DNA of 64,000 nt from an uncultured Thermoleophilia bacterium. Lineage in GTDB: Bacteria; Actinomycetota; Thermoleophilia; Gaiellales; Gaiellaceae. A model generated the notes under the pieces. It did not search any database and had not been told where the DNA came from. It was given only the letters and a program-made list of their open reading frames with translations. This document shows positions 9,542 through 18,517 of this stretch, one piece after another. Position 1 is the stretch's first letter, and each line of letters opens with the position of its first letter. The translations under genes and the position numbers were made by a program. The stretch is taken from positions 30,030 to 94,029 of the forward strand of contig CAVPSK010000017.1 of the NCBI GenBank assembly GCA_963708355.1, read 5' to 3'.

Positions 9542-9567
9542 GGAGGGCCCGCGCGAGCGGGCCCTCC
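9542..9567. terminator. strong GC hairpin between convergent genes
   Basis: GGAGGGCCCGC-GCGA-GCGGGCCCTCC, a perfect 11-bp stem with a GNRA loop. Confidence 0.7.
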
Positions 9568-9587
9568 GTCGTTCGGGGAGGAACGGC

Positions 9588-10581
9588 TTAGTGAGCTGCT
9601 TCGTGCTGGAGCAGGCCGAGCGCGTCGACGCGCCCGCTCCCGACCGAGCCGGGAAGCGGCACGGCGGTCTGCTCGAGCGCGGCCTCGACCTCTGCGGCCG
9701 ACGCGTCGCTCGACGAGAGCGCGAGCCCGGCGAGCCCGGCGACGAGCGGTGCGGCGGCCGAGGTGCCGCAGAAGGTGGCGAACGATCCGCCGGGGGCGGT
9801 CGTGAGCGAGCACCCGGGTGCCGCCAGGGTCACCCACGTGCCGTGCGTCGACCACGGGAAGAGGGCGCCCGACTGGTCGACGGCGGCGACGGAGATGACG
9901 TCGGGGTAGGAAGCCGGATAGGTCTGCGAGTCGCCGCCGGCGTTGCCCGCGGCGGCCACGAGGATCACGCCACGCGAGTGCGCGTACTGCAGCGCCGACT
10001 CGACGTTCGCGTCCGGCCCGCTCAGGACGAAGCTCATGCTGATCACGTTCGCGCCGTGGTCGGCCGCGTAACGGATACCGTCGGCGATCGCGGGTGCGCC
10101 GCCGCTGCCGTCGGCGCCGAGCACCTTGATCGGCATCACGCGGCAGCTCCAGCACACGCCGGCGCCGCCGATGCCGTTGTTCGGACGAGCGGCGATCACG
10201 CCGGCAACCATCGTCCCGTGCCCGAACTGGTCCGTGGTGTCGTTGCTTCCGTCGGCGAAGTCGGCGCCCGCGACGAGCGCGCCCTGCAGGTCGGGCTGTG
10301 ACGCGTCCACGCCGCTGTCGACGACGGCGATCACAACCGGCTTCCGAGCCGGTCGACACCTGCCAGGCGCCGGGCGCGTTGACGAGCGAGAGCGCCCATT
10401 GCTGCGACCAGTCGGGGTCGGTCGGGACGACGGTCGTCGGCGCCGGCGTCACGCGCGTGTGCGGTATGCCGGTTGCGCTCGAGAGGCGACGGTGCGTCTT
10501 CGCCCGCACGGGATGGTGCCGCTTCGCCAGGACGTGCAGCACGTCGCTGCCCGGCTGGAAGGCGGCCACGGCGTACGGCAC
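9588..10581 (-). CDS. S8 subtilisin-like serine peptidase, frameshifted
   Basis: Catalytic motifs VVDSGVD, HGTMVAG, GTSAAAPLVAG are in the 9588-10334 frame. The N-terminal part (DPDWSQQWALSLVNAPGAWQVSTGSEA) is in another frame and joins at GCCGGTTGTGATC near 10335. A signal-like MRIGDAGRVAAAIAFAAL lies in a third frame up to 10667. Confidence 0.8.
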
Positions 10582-10751
10582 GGCCGGACCGCGGCCGCTC
10601 GATGTTCCGGCGACAGGGCGGCGAAGGCGATCGCCGCCGCAACACGGCCTGCGTCCCCAATCCTCACCTCCCCCGTATCGGCAGAGGGGCTAGTGCCCTT
10701 TAGTCCTCTGGCTAGTTGTCCCGCCGTCGGCCCGCGCTACCCTGAGGCGCG

Positions 10752-11090
10752 GTGAGGACGCGTCTCGTCGTGCCGTTGGCCCTCCTTGTCGGCGTCCTCG
10801 CGGGTTGCGGCAGCTCCGGGCCGATCGGGAACAACGAGCTCGCCTCGGATCTCACGAAGCGCCTGAACAGCTCGAGCCACCTCGTCTGCTGGGACAAGAC
10901 CGGGAGCCTCGGCTCGATGAGCGCGATGGGCTACACGCGGGTGTGCGGGATCGCCAGGTCGAAGCCGTCCGTCTACGTTCGCACGGGAACGGCCGACAAG
11001 ACGGGCTGGTGCGTCGTGACTCCCCGCTACCGTCGCGGCGCCGCGCTGTCCGCTGTCCTGATTCGAGGCCGAGCGGCTCGCGCCGCGTCA
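10752..11090 (+). CDS. lipoprotein (3' end uncertain)
   Basis: GTG start and lipobox MRTRLVVPLALLVGVLAGCGSS. The ORF runs on to 11615 antisense to the next gene, which I consider an artefact. The true stop is unresolved. Confidence 0.5.
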
Positions 11091-11621
11091 GCGCGTGTGC
11101 TCTTGCGAGATCAGCTTGCCGGCCGCGTTGTAGCCGAGCACCTCGCGCACCCAGGTCGCGCAGTTCGTCGGCGCCGGGCAGCCGTAGATGTAGCCGCCGT
11201 CCTTGGTGATCGGGATCGTCTTCTTCGCCGTTGCCCCGACGAGGACGACCTTCTTGACGCCGTCGGCTACGACGCCGCCGATCAGGCCCTTGATCACCGA
11301 GAACGTCTTCCTGCTCGGATCGAAGACCGCCCCGCTCGGCGCACAGCGCGCCCGGTACGAGTTCGACTGCACGAGCAGGGCGCAGACCGACTTGTCCTTC
11401 ATGAGCGTCACGTAGACCAGGTACGGCCGCCGCTTCGTGTCGAGAGCGGTCGCGACGCGCCGCGACGTCTGCACCGCGCCGACCTTCTTCGCCACCGGCG
11501 GGAGCACGTCGTAGTTGTGCGCGGAACGGGTCAGCGCGTGAATCGGGATCGGCGCAGCGGCCGCGACAGCCGTCGCGACGATGACCAGCGCCGCCAGAAG
11601 CCCCCCTCCGAGTAGCCGCAT
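11088..11621 (-). CDS. secreted hypothetical protein
   Basis: 177 aa with signal peptide MRLLGGGLLAALVIVATAVAAAAP. Lys-rich with moderate codon bias. No recognised domain. Confidence 0.6.
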   Translation of the reverse strand: MRLLGGGLLAALVIVATAVAAAAPIPIHALTRSAHNYDVLPPVAKKVGAVQTSRRVATALDTKRRPYLVYVTLMKDKSVCALLVQSNSYRARCAPSGAVFDPSRKTFSVIKGLIGGVVADGVKKVVLVGATAKKTIPITKDGGYIYGCPAPTNCATWVREVLGYNAAGKLISQEHTR

Positions 11622-11684
11622 CGAGGCGGAATCCTAGCCCAATCCCCGCCGGCGTCCGCCGACGTCGACAATCATTTACAAACC

Positions 11685-12362
11685 GTGTCCGTACTGGCCC
11701 TGCTGCTCGCCGCGACGCTCGCTGCGAGCCCTCCCGCGCCGCGCATCGTCGACCGCCTCGTGCCCTTCGGCGCCGCGCGTCGCGCCGAGACGGCCCGCTA
11801 TGCCGAGCGCCACTACGGCATCGCCACGTGGCGTCTGCGAGATCCGCACGTGATCGTCGAGCACTACACGGCGACGACGGCGTTCGCACCGGCGTGGGCG
11901 ACGTTCGCGGCCGACACGCCCGATCCGGAGCTCGGCGAGCTGCCCGGCACGTGCGCTCATTTCGTCGTGGATCGCGACGGCACGATCTACCGCCTCGTCC
12001 CGGTCGGGACGATCTGCCGCCACACCGTCGGGCTGAACTGGACGGCGATCGGGATCGAGCACGTGGGAACGAGCGACGCGTCGATCCTCGAAGACCCGGC
12101 GCAGCTCCGGGCGTCGGTGCGGCTCACGCTGTGGCTGATGGCGCGCTACCGCATCTCGCTCCCGAACGTGATCGGCCACGCGGAGAGCCTGACCAGCCGC
12201 TACCACCGCGAGCGCTACGCGCCGTGGCGCTGCCAGACGCACGCCGACTGGCAGCACGCCGACATGGTCGTGTACCGGCGCAGGCTCGCCGCGCTTGCGG
12301 CGGCCGAGCACGTTCAGCTCGCGCGCGGCGGTGGGCCGATCAGGTCCCGCTGCCGGCCTTGA
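11685..12362 (+). CDS. N-acetylmuramoyl-L-alanine amidase (Amidase_2/PGRP-like)
   Basis: Signal peptide, then HYTAT...[17 protein letters not shown]...[16 protein letters not shown]...NVIGHAES, typical of the zinc amidase_2 fold. Confidence 0.75.
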   Translation: MSVLALLLAATLAASPPAPRIVDRLVPFGAARRAETARYAERHYGIATWRLRDPHVIVEHYTATTAFAPAWATFAADTPDPELGELPGTCAHFVVDRDGTIYRLVPVGTICRHTVGLNWTAIGIEHVGTSDASILEDPAQLRASVRLTLWLMARYRISLPNVIGHAESLTSRYHRERYAPWRCQTHADWQHADMVVYRRRLAALAAAEHVQLARGGGPIRSRCRP

Positions 12363-12890
12363 AGCTCGTCCTCGACGCGTGCGACGTCGAGGCCGCGCGC
12401 CGCGAGCACCACGTAGAGGTGATAGAGGAGGTCGGCTGCCTCCTCGATCACGCGCTCGTCGCTCTCGTCGAGCGCCGCGACGGTGAGCTCGACCGCCTCT
12501 TCCCCGACCTTGCGCGCGCAGGCGCCGACGCCGAGGTCGAGCAGGCGCGCGGTGTAGGAGCCCGGCGGGCCTGCGCGCGGCGCGATCGGAGACGGTGCGC
12601 CACAGCTCGGGCGCGAAGCACGAGAGGGAGCCCGTGTGGCAGCTCGGCCCCGCCGGGCGGACGCGAAGGAGCAGCGCGTCGCCGTCGCAGTCGTCGCGAA
12701 GCTCGACGACGGCGAGCGTGTTGCCGGAGGTCTCGCCCTTGTGCCAGAGCCGGCCGCGCGAGCGGCTCCAGAACCACGCCTCCCCCGTCTCGCGTGTCTT
12801 CGCCTCGGCCTCCGCGTCCATCCACGCGAGCATCAGAACGCGGCCGTCGTCCGCGTTCTGGACGATCGCCGGCCGCAGCTCAGGCGGCAT
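12314..12890 (-). CDS. hisI: bifunctional phosphoribosyl-AMP cyclohydrolase / phosphoribosyl-ATP pyrophosphatase, one frameshift
   Basis: HisI part: [10 protein letters not shown]...[19 protein letters not shown]...[10 protein letters not shown]...[12 protein letters not shown]. HisE part in another frame: [10 protein letters not shown]...[13 protein letters not shown]...[18 protein letters not shown]. They join at GCCGGGCTCC near 12560. Confidence 0.85.
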
Positions 12891-13624
12891 TCCGCACCGC
12901 CACGCCGAGGCCGAGCAGCTCGCGCCGGAGCGCGCCCAGCCGGGCGGCGTCCTCGTGCAGGATCGATGCGAGCAGCGCGGCCTGCGCGACCTCGAGCGCG
13001 TCGGCGACGTGCGCAGCCGTCCCGGCACCGCCCGACGCGATCACCGGCACCGTGACCGCCTCCGCGACGACGCGCGTCAGCTCGAGGTCGTAGCCGGCGC
13101 GGGTGCCGTCGGCGTCGATCGACGTGAGCAGGATCTCGCCCGCTCCGCGCTCGCGCCGCCTCCTTCGCCCAGGCGACCGCCGCGAGCGGCGTCCCGCGCG
13201 TTCCTGCATGCGAGCGAACGACGCCGCCTTCGACGTCGATCGCGACGACGACCGCCTGCGAGCCGAGCTTCTCCGCCAGCTCGGTGAGCAGCTCGGGACG
13301 CGCGAGCGCGGCAGAGTTGACCGCCACCTTGTCGGCGCCCGCCTCGAGCAGCGCCTCCGCGTCGGCGGCGGAGCGCACGCCTCCGCCGACGGTGAACGGA
13401 ATCTGCAGCCGTGCGCCGACGCGTCGCACGAGCCCGACCAGCGTCGAGCGGCGCTCGAGCGTGGCCGTGACGTCGAGGTACACGAGCTCGTCCGCGCCCG
13501 ACTCGGAGTACGACGCGCCGAGCTCGACCGGATCTCCGACGTCGCGGAGCCTCTGGAAGCGGATGCCCTTGACGACGCGCCCGTCGGCCACGTCGAGGCA
13601 CGGGATCAGGCGAGGGAAGGGCAT
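12880..13624 (-). CDS. hisF: imidazole glycerol phosphate synthase cyclase subunit, one frameshift
   Basis: [20 protein letters not shown]...[10 protein letters not shown]...VGGGVRS...VAVNSAA, then in another frame [23 protein letters not shown]...VIASGGAG. They join near 13155. Confidence 0.88.
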
Positions 13625-14160
13625 CGCGCCTCCTCGAGGACGCGCTCGAGGTAACGCGCACCGGCCGCGCCGCTCTTCTCCGGATGGAACTGCACGCCGA
13701 CGAAGGACCCGGCCCGCGCCTCCGCGACGATCTCCTCCGACCAGGCGGTCGCGCGCGGTGTCTCGCAGGCGTACGAGTGCGCGAAGTAGAAGGTCGAGGC
13801 GAGCGGCTCGACATCGGCCCAGCCGAGCCGCGGGACCCGGCCCTCGCGCAGGCGAACCGCTCGTCCTTCGAGCAGGCCCAGGCCCTGCGTCCCGCCGTCC
13901 TCCTCGCTCCACTCGAGCGCGAGCTGCAGTCCCAGGCAGATGCCGAGCACCGGGCGCCCGGCGGCGAGCCGTTCACGGAGAGCGGTGTCGTGGCCGCGCG
14001 CACGCAGGCCGGCGAGCGCGGTCCGCGCCGCGCCGACGCCCGGCAGCACGGCGAGGTCGGCCCGCTCGACATCGTCGACGAGCGCGGCCCCGAGGCGGCG
14101 CAGCGCGAGCTCGACCGAGCGCACGTTTCCGGCGCCGTACCGGCAGATCGCGACCTTCAC
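13606..14160 (-). CDS. hisH: imidazole glycerol phosphate synthase glutamine amidotransferase subunit
   Basis: MKVAICRYGAGNVRSV...LPGVGA...GICLGLQL...VQFHPEKSG. The GTG start overlaps the hisB stop (GTGA). Confidence 0.9.
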   Translation of the reverse strand: MKVAICRYGAGNVRSVELALRRLGAALVDDVERADLAVLPGVGAARTALAGLRARGHDTALRERLAAGRPVLGICLGLQLALEWSEEDGGTQGLGLLEGRAVRLREGRVPRLGWADVEPLASTFYFAHSYACETPRATAWSEEIVAEARAGSFVGVQFHPEKSGAAGARYLERVLEEARCPSLA

Positions 14161-14705
14161 ACGAGCCCCTTCGTCGACGGCAGCCCGGCCGACTCGCGAC
14201 GAACCGCGGCGCGCAGTGCACGTCCGACCGCCTTGAAGGCCGCCTCCGCGACGTGGTGCGGGTCGCGACCCGTCGCCTGCACATGAATGGCTGCCCGAGA
14301 CGCCGTCGCAAGGCTCGCGAGCATGTGCCCCGCGAGCCCGGGCTCGCGTTCGAGGGAGAGCTCGCTGAACGCGCGACCGCCCAGGTCGACTGCTGCGCGC
14401 GCGAGCGCGTCGTCCATCGGCACAACCGCGTCGCCGTAGCGGGCTATGCCCCTGCGATCCCCGAGAGCAGAGTCGAGCGCGCTCCCGAGCGCGAGCGCGC
14501 TGTCCTCGGCCGTGTGGTGGTCTCCGGTCTCGAGATCTCCGACGCCTTCGAGCACGAGGTCGAAGCCGGCGTGGAACGCCAGCTGCTCGATCAGGTGGTC
14601 GTACAGGCCGGCTCCGGTGCCCACGCGCACGCGCCCGGCGCCGTCGAGCGCGAGCCGAACCGACAGTCGCGTCTCGGCGGTCGCGCGCAGAAGGCGGCTG
14701 CGCCG
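14157..14705 (-). CDS. hisB: imidazoleglycerol-phosphate dehydratase domain (same ORF as hisC)
   Basis: RATAETRLSVRLALDG...LYDHLIEQLAFHAGFDL...GDHHTAEDSALALG...IARYGDAVVPMDDALA...DPHHVAEAAFKAVGRAL. No stop codon and no ATG/GTG/TTG separates it from hisC. Confidence 0.85.
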   Translation of the reverse strand, partial: RRSRLLRATAETRLSVRLALDGAGRVRVGTGAGLYDHLIEQLAFHAGFDLVLEGVGDLETGDHHTAEDSALALGSALDSALGDRRGIARYGDAVVPMDDALARAAVDLGGRAFSELSLEREPGLAGHMLASLATASRAAIHVQATGRDPHHVAEAAFKAVGRALRAAVRRESAGLPSTKGLV

Positions 14706-15695
14706 CCCGCCGCCCGCCGCGACCGGCGGCGGCCGGTCGAGGATCCGGGCGAGCGCCTCGACGAGCACGTCGTCGTCCTCGGCATCGCGGACCGAGGCCC
14801 TGATGGCGTGGTCGTACGCCCGCACGACGATGCCGTTGCGGAGCAGTGCGTCCCCGAGTGCGCGACCGTCGTCGACGGGTACGTAGAGGAAGTTCGTCGC
14901 CGACGGCGCCGGCTCGAGGCCGAGCGCGCGGAGCGCGGAGGCGAGACGCTCCCGCTCGGCAACGACCGGGGTGACGTCGGGCGGGTCGCGCAGCGCCGCG
15001 AGGGCGAGCGACGCCGAGAGCGACGAGACGGCCGCCGGCGCCTGTCGCGCTTCGAGCTCCGCGGCGACGTCGCGCGAGGCGAGCGCGTAACCGATGCGAG
15101 CACCCGCGAGCGCGAAGGACTTCGAGAAGGTCCGCAGGACGACCACGTCGTCCTCGATCAGCCCGAGCGCGGTGTCGCCCGCGAACTCGAAGTACGCCTC
15201 ATCGACCACGAGCGGCCGCGCGTCCGGGAGCTCGCCGAGCGCGCCGGTCGGGTTGTTCGGCCGGCACGCGAAGGCGAGCGCAGAACCAGGCAAGTAAGAA
15301 TCCGTTACGTCGGCACCTGCGAGCTGCACGGCGATCCGGTAGAGCGGGTAGGTCGGCGCCGCGGGAATCGCGACCGTGTCTCCCGGGCCGGCCCAGGCGC
15401 GCGCGCACAGCAGGATCAGGTCGTCGGCGCCCGCGCCGACGACGACGTTCTCGGGTTCGACGCCGGCATAGCGGGCGATCGCGATACGCAGGTCGCGGTA
15501 CCCGTCGGAGGGGTAACTGCAGACGTCGGCGAGCGCACCCGCGATCGTCCCCGGACGCGTCGACGGCAGCGGCAGCGGCGGTGTGTTCTGGTCGAAGCGC
15601 AGCACCTGCGACGGGTCGATCCCCGCAAGCTGCGCGACGTCGCGCGTCGATGCGGCCCAGGTGTACGGCGCGAACGACGGGGCGAGCTCCCTCAT
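14706..15695 (-). CDS. hisC: histidinol-phosphate aminotransferase domain (ORF continues into hisB)
   Basis: The ATG at 15695 overlaps the hisD stop (ATGA). Motifs: YPSDGYRDLRIAIARYAGVEPENVVVGAGADDLI...CRPNNPTG...VVDEAYFEF...LRTFSKSFALAGARIGY. Confidence 0.85.
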
Positions 15696-16669
15696 CGCCG
15701 CACCGCCGCAGCGTGCGCCGACATCCCCTCGACCGCGGCGAGCGCCTCGACGGTCGGGCGCAGGCGGCGGAGGCCGTCTCGGGTCAGCCGCTGGACGGTC
15801 ACCGGCTTGAGGAACGCCTCCAGGCCGAGCCCGCCGACCGACCGCGCCCAGCCGCCTGTCGGCAGGACGTGGTTGCCGCCGGTCGCGTAGTCGCCGGCCG
15901 CCACGGCCGACCACGGCCCGACGAAGACCGCGCCGGCGTTCCGCACCGTCCCGGCCGCACCCTCGGCGTCTCCGAGCAGCACGAGATGCTCCGGTGCGAT
16001 CCGTTCCGCCTCGTCCACGCTCGCGACGCGGCGGCACACCGCCTCGGGCCCGTGCTCCTGTTGCGCTGCGAGCTCGAGCTCGATCAGCCGCTCCTCCCCC
16101 GCTCCGGCGACGACGACCTCGGACGGGCCGCCGGGCAGGTCGATCGCGACGTCGCGCGCGACCTCGAGCTTCGCGTCGTTCACGTGCGAGCTGCCGGGCC
16201 CGACGATCTTGTCGACGCGCTCGACGTAAGCGAGCCAGCCGATCGCCTGGGGCCCTCCGAGCGCCCACACGTCGTCGAGCCCGAGGGTCTCGGCCGCCGC
16301 CGCGATCAGCGGCGCACCGGAGGGAGGTGTGCAGACGACGATCCGGCGCACACCCGCCACCTGCGCCGGCACGGCGCACATGACGAATGTCGAGACGAGG
16401 TTCCGCGGCACGTAGATGCCGACCGTGTCGAGCGCCACCCAGCGGCGCTCGAGCCGGACGCCCGGCTCGACCTCGAGCTCGACGTCGGCCGGTCGCTGCA
16501 GCTCGTGCCAACGGCGCACGCGGTCGGCGAGCTCGAGCAGCGCGTCGCGCGGCAAATCCGTCGCGTCCGGCACCGCCCGCGCCGGCTCGACGCCGTCGAG
16601 GCGAACGGCCCACTCGCGCACCGCGTCGAGCCCGCGCGCCTTCACATCGGCCACGATCGACGGCGTCAC
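15692..16669 (-). CDS. hisD: histidinol dehydrogenase (unusually short, about 325 aa)
   Basis: The GTG start overlaps the hisG stop (GTGA). Motifs: VDKIVGPGSSHVNDAK, GPSEVVV, QQEHGPE, APEHLVL, AGDYATGGNHVLPT, GMSAH. Confidence 0.85.
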   Translation of the reverse strand: MTPSIVADVKARGLDAVREWAVRLDGVEPARAVPDATDLPRDALLELADRVRRWHELQRPADVELEVEPGVRLERRWVALDTVGIYVPRNLVSTFVMCAVPAQVAGVRRIVVCTPPSGAPLIAAAAETLGLDDVWALGGPQAIGWLAYVERVDKIVGPGSSHVNDAKLEVARDVAIDLPGGPSEVVVAGAGEERLIELELAAQQEHGPEAVCRRVASVDEAERIAPEHLVLLGDAEGAAGTVRNAGAVFVGPWSAVAAGDYATGGNHVLPTGGWARSVGGLGLEAFLKPVTVQRLTRDGLRRLRPTVEALAAVEGMSAHAAAVRR

Positions 16670-17469
16670 GCGGCCATCCGCTCGACGGGGACGATCAGGA
16701 TCGACGACCCGCCCGCTTCCTCGAGCTGGGGCAGGAGACGCCAGAGCTCGTTCGCCGGCACGAGGACGTGGACGGCGACGAGCCCGGCCTCGGCAAGCGG
16801 CAGGACGCTCGGCGTCCGCGGTGCGACGATCGCGCAGATCTCGGGCAGCGCCGCTTCCGGCGCGTTGAGCATCAGGTAGCGGTGCCGGCGGGCGTCGACG
16901 ACCGCCCGCAGCATCGCCGCGAACGACGCCGCCCGCTCCTCGTCCGACGCCACGAGGATCGCCTCCGACGACAGCAGCACCCCCAACGAGCGCAGCCCGT
17001 TCGTGCGCAGCGTGTTGCCCGACGACACGAGGTCGACGATCGCGTCGGCAAGCCCGAGCCGCGGCGCGAGCTCGACCGAGCCGGTGACGTCCACGAGCTC
17101 GACCGGGGCGGGCAGCAGCTCGCGCGCCAGGCGCGGGTAGACGGTGGCGACGGTCGCGCCGGCCAGGTGGTCGCACGTCCGGAACGACGACTCCTCCGGG
17201 ACGGCTGCCTCGAGCCGGCAGGAGCCGAAGCCGAGCGGCAGCAGCTCGCAGACCCGCGCGCCGCGCTCCCGGACGAGATCGAGGCCCGTGATCCCACAGT
17301 CGACGACGCCGTCCTGGACGTACTCCGGGATGTCGGCCGCCCGCACCAGCAGGACCTCGACCGGCGCGTTCCGGCAGGGAAATGCGAGCGCCCGCTCGCC
17401 GGGCTGCTCCGGCCCGAGGCCGGCGTCCTCGAGCAGGCGGAACGACGGCTCGCGCAGCCGCCCTTTCAC
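16666..17469 (-). CDS. hisG: ATP phosphoribosyltransferase; start unresolved
   Basis: LRLALPVKGRLREPSFRLLEDAGL...LLVRAADIPEYVQDGVVDCGITG...VATVYPRLA...GSVELAPRLGLADAIVDLVSSGNTLRTNGL. The conserved LRLALP lies upstream of the first canonical start (GTG 17469) and abuts the upstream gene's stop at 17484. Confidence 0.8.
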   Translation of the reverse strand: MKGRLREPSFRLLEDAGLGPEQPGERALAFPCRNAPVEVLLVRAADIPEYVQDGVVDCGITGLDLVRERGARVCELLPLGFGSCRLEAAVPEESSFRTCDHLAGATVATVYPRLARELLPAPVELVDVTGSVELAPRLGLADAIVDLVSSGNTLRTNGLRSLGVLLSSEAILVASDEERAASFAAMLRAVVDARRHRYLMLNAPEAALPEICAIVAPRTPSVLPLAEAGLVAVHVLVPANELWRLLPQLEEAGGSSILIVPVERMAA

Positions 17470-17483
17470 CGGCAGCGCGAGCC

Positions 17484-17783
17484 TTAGGAGCTCATTCGGT
17501 CGAGCGCCAGCCGATAGCCGCCCTCGCCGTGCCGCAGCCAGTGCGCCACCCGCGTCACCGTCGTCGTCGACGCGCCCGTCCGCTCGGCGATCTCCAGGTA
17601 CGGGAGCCCGTCGTCCAGCAGACGGGCCACTTGCCAGCGGTGAGCCATCGCCTCGAGCTCCGAGAGCGTGCACAGGTCTCGCAGGAAGTGCTCCACCTCC
17701 GCGCGCGTCCGTAGCGCTTTCACCGCGTCGAAGAGCGCCTCCATCTCCCGAGTACGCCACGGGTGTCGGCTCCTGGTCGCCAT
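17484..17783 (-). CDS. YerC/YecD (TrpR-like) family DNA-binding protein
   Basis: 99 aa. ALFDAVKALRTRAEVEHFLRDLCTLSELEAMAHRWQVARLLDDGLPYLEIAERTGASTTTVTRVAHWLRHGEGGY matches the Trp-repressor-like YerC family pattern. Confidence 0.8.
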   Translation of the reverse strand: MATRSRHPWRTREMEALFDAVKALRTRAEVEHFLRDLCTLSELEAMAHRWQVARLLDDGLPYLEIAERTGASTTTVTRVAHWLRHGEGGYRLALDRMSS

Positions 17784-17792
17784 CGTCGGTTC

Positions 17793-17814
17793 TCATGTTA
17801 GCACGTTAACATGA
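17793..17814. promoter_or_regulatory. AT-rich 8-6-8 inverted repeat, candidate operator
   Basis: TCATGTTA-GCACGT-TAACATGA fills most of the 35-nt gap between the yerC-like start (17783) and the hisA start (17819). Confidence 0.45.
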
Positions 17815-17818
17815 CGGC

Positions 17819-18517
17819 ATGAACTCAACCGAGCTCGAGCGCTGGTTCTCAGGGCCGATCGAGGTGATCCCGGCCGTCGACGTACTGGGCGAGCAGGCGG
17901 TCCGGCTCAGACAGGGCGACTACGCCCGCGTCGTCGAGAGCCCCGGCACGCCCGCGGCGCTCGCCCGCCGCTGGCGCGACGCCGGCGCACGCACGATCCA
18001 TCTCGTCGACCTCGACGGTGCACGCTCGGGGCGTGTGCGGCCGGAGCTCGTGCGCGAGGTCGCCTCGGCCTGCGCGCCGCTTCCCGTTCAGGCTTCGGGC
18101 GGAGTCCGCTCGCCGGCCGACGCCCACGCGTTGCTCCGGGCCGGCGCAGCGCGCGTCGTCGTCGGCACGGCGGCCTGGGCCGATCCCGCGCAGTGGGTCG
18201 AAGCGCTCGGCGAGGCGCTCGTGGTGGCGGTCGACGTACGCGACGGGCATCTGCGCATTGCCGGCTGGACGCGCGGCGAGGGTCTCACTGTCGAGGCCGC
18301 GCTCGAGCTGGCACGTCGCGCCGGCGTCGGACGCTGCCTGGTCACCGCGATCGAGCGCGACGGCACCCTCGACGGCCCCGATCTCGAGCTGGTCGCCCGC
18401 GCCGCCGAGACGGGGCTCGCCGTGCTGGCGGCCGGCGGTGTGCGCACGCCCACCGACGTCGCAGCGCTCGCCGACGCGGGCGCCGAGGCCGCCGTGGTCG
18501 GCCGCGCGTTGCTGTAG
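17819..18517 (+). CDS. hisA: ProFAR isomerase (HisA/PriA-type)
   Basis: IEVIPAVDVLGEQAVRLRQGDY...IHLVDLDGA...QASGGVRS...VVVGTAA...VAVDVRDG...GW...LVTAIERDGTLDGPDLEL...AAGGVRT. Confidence 0.85.
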   Translation: MNSTELERWFSGPIEVIPAVDVLGEQAVRLRQGDYARVVESPGTPAALARRWRDAGARTIHLVDLDGARSGRVRPELVREVASACAPLPVQASGGVRSPADAHALLRAGAARVVVGTAAWADPAQWVEALGEALVVAVDVRDGHLRIAGWTRGEGLTVEAALELARRAGVGRCLVTAIERDGTLDGPDLELVARAAETGLAVLAAGGVRTPTDVAALADAGAEAAVVGRALL

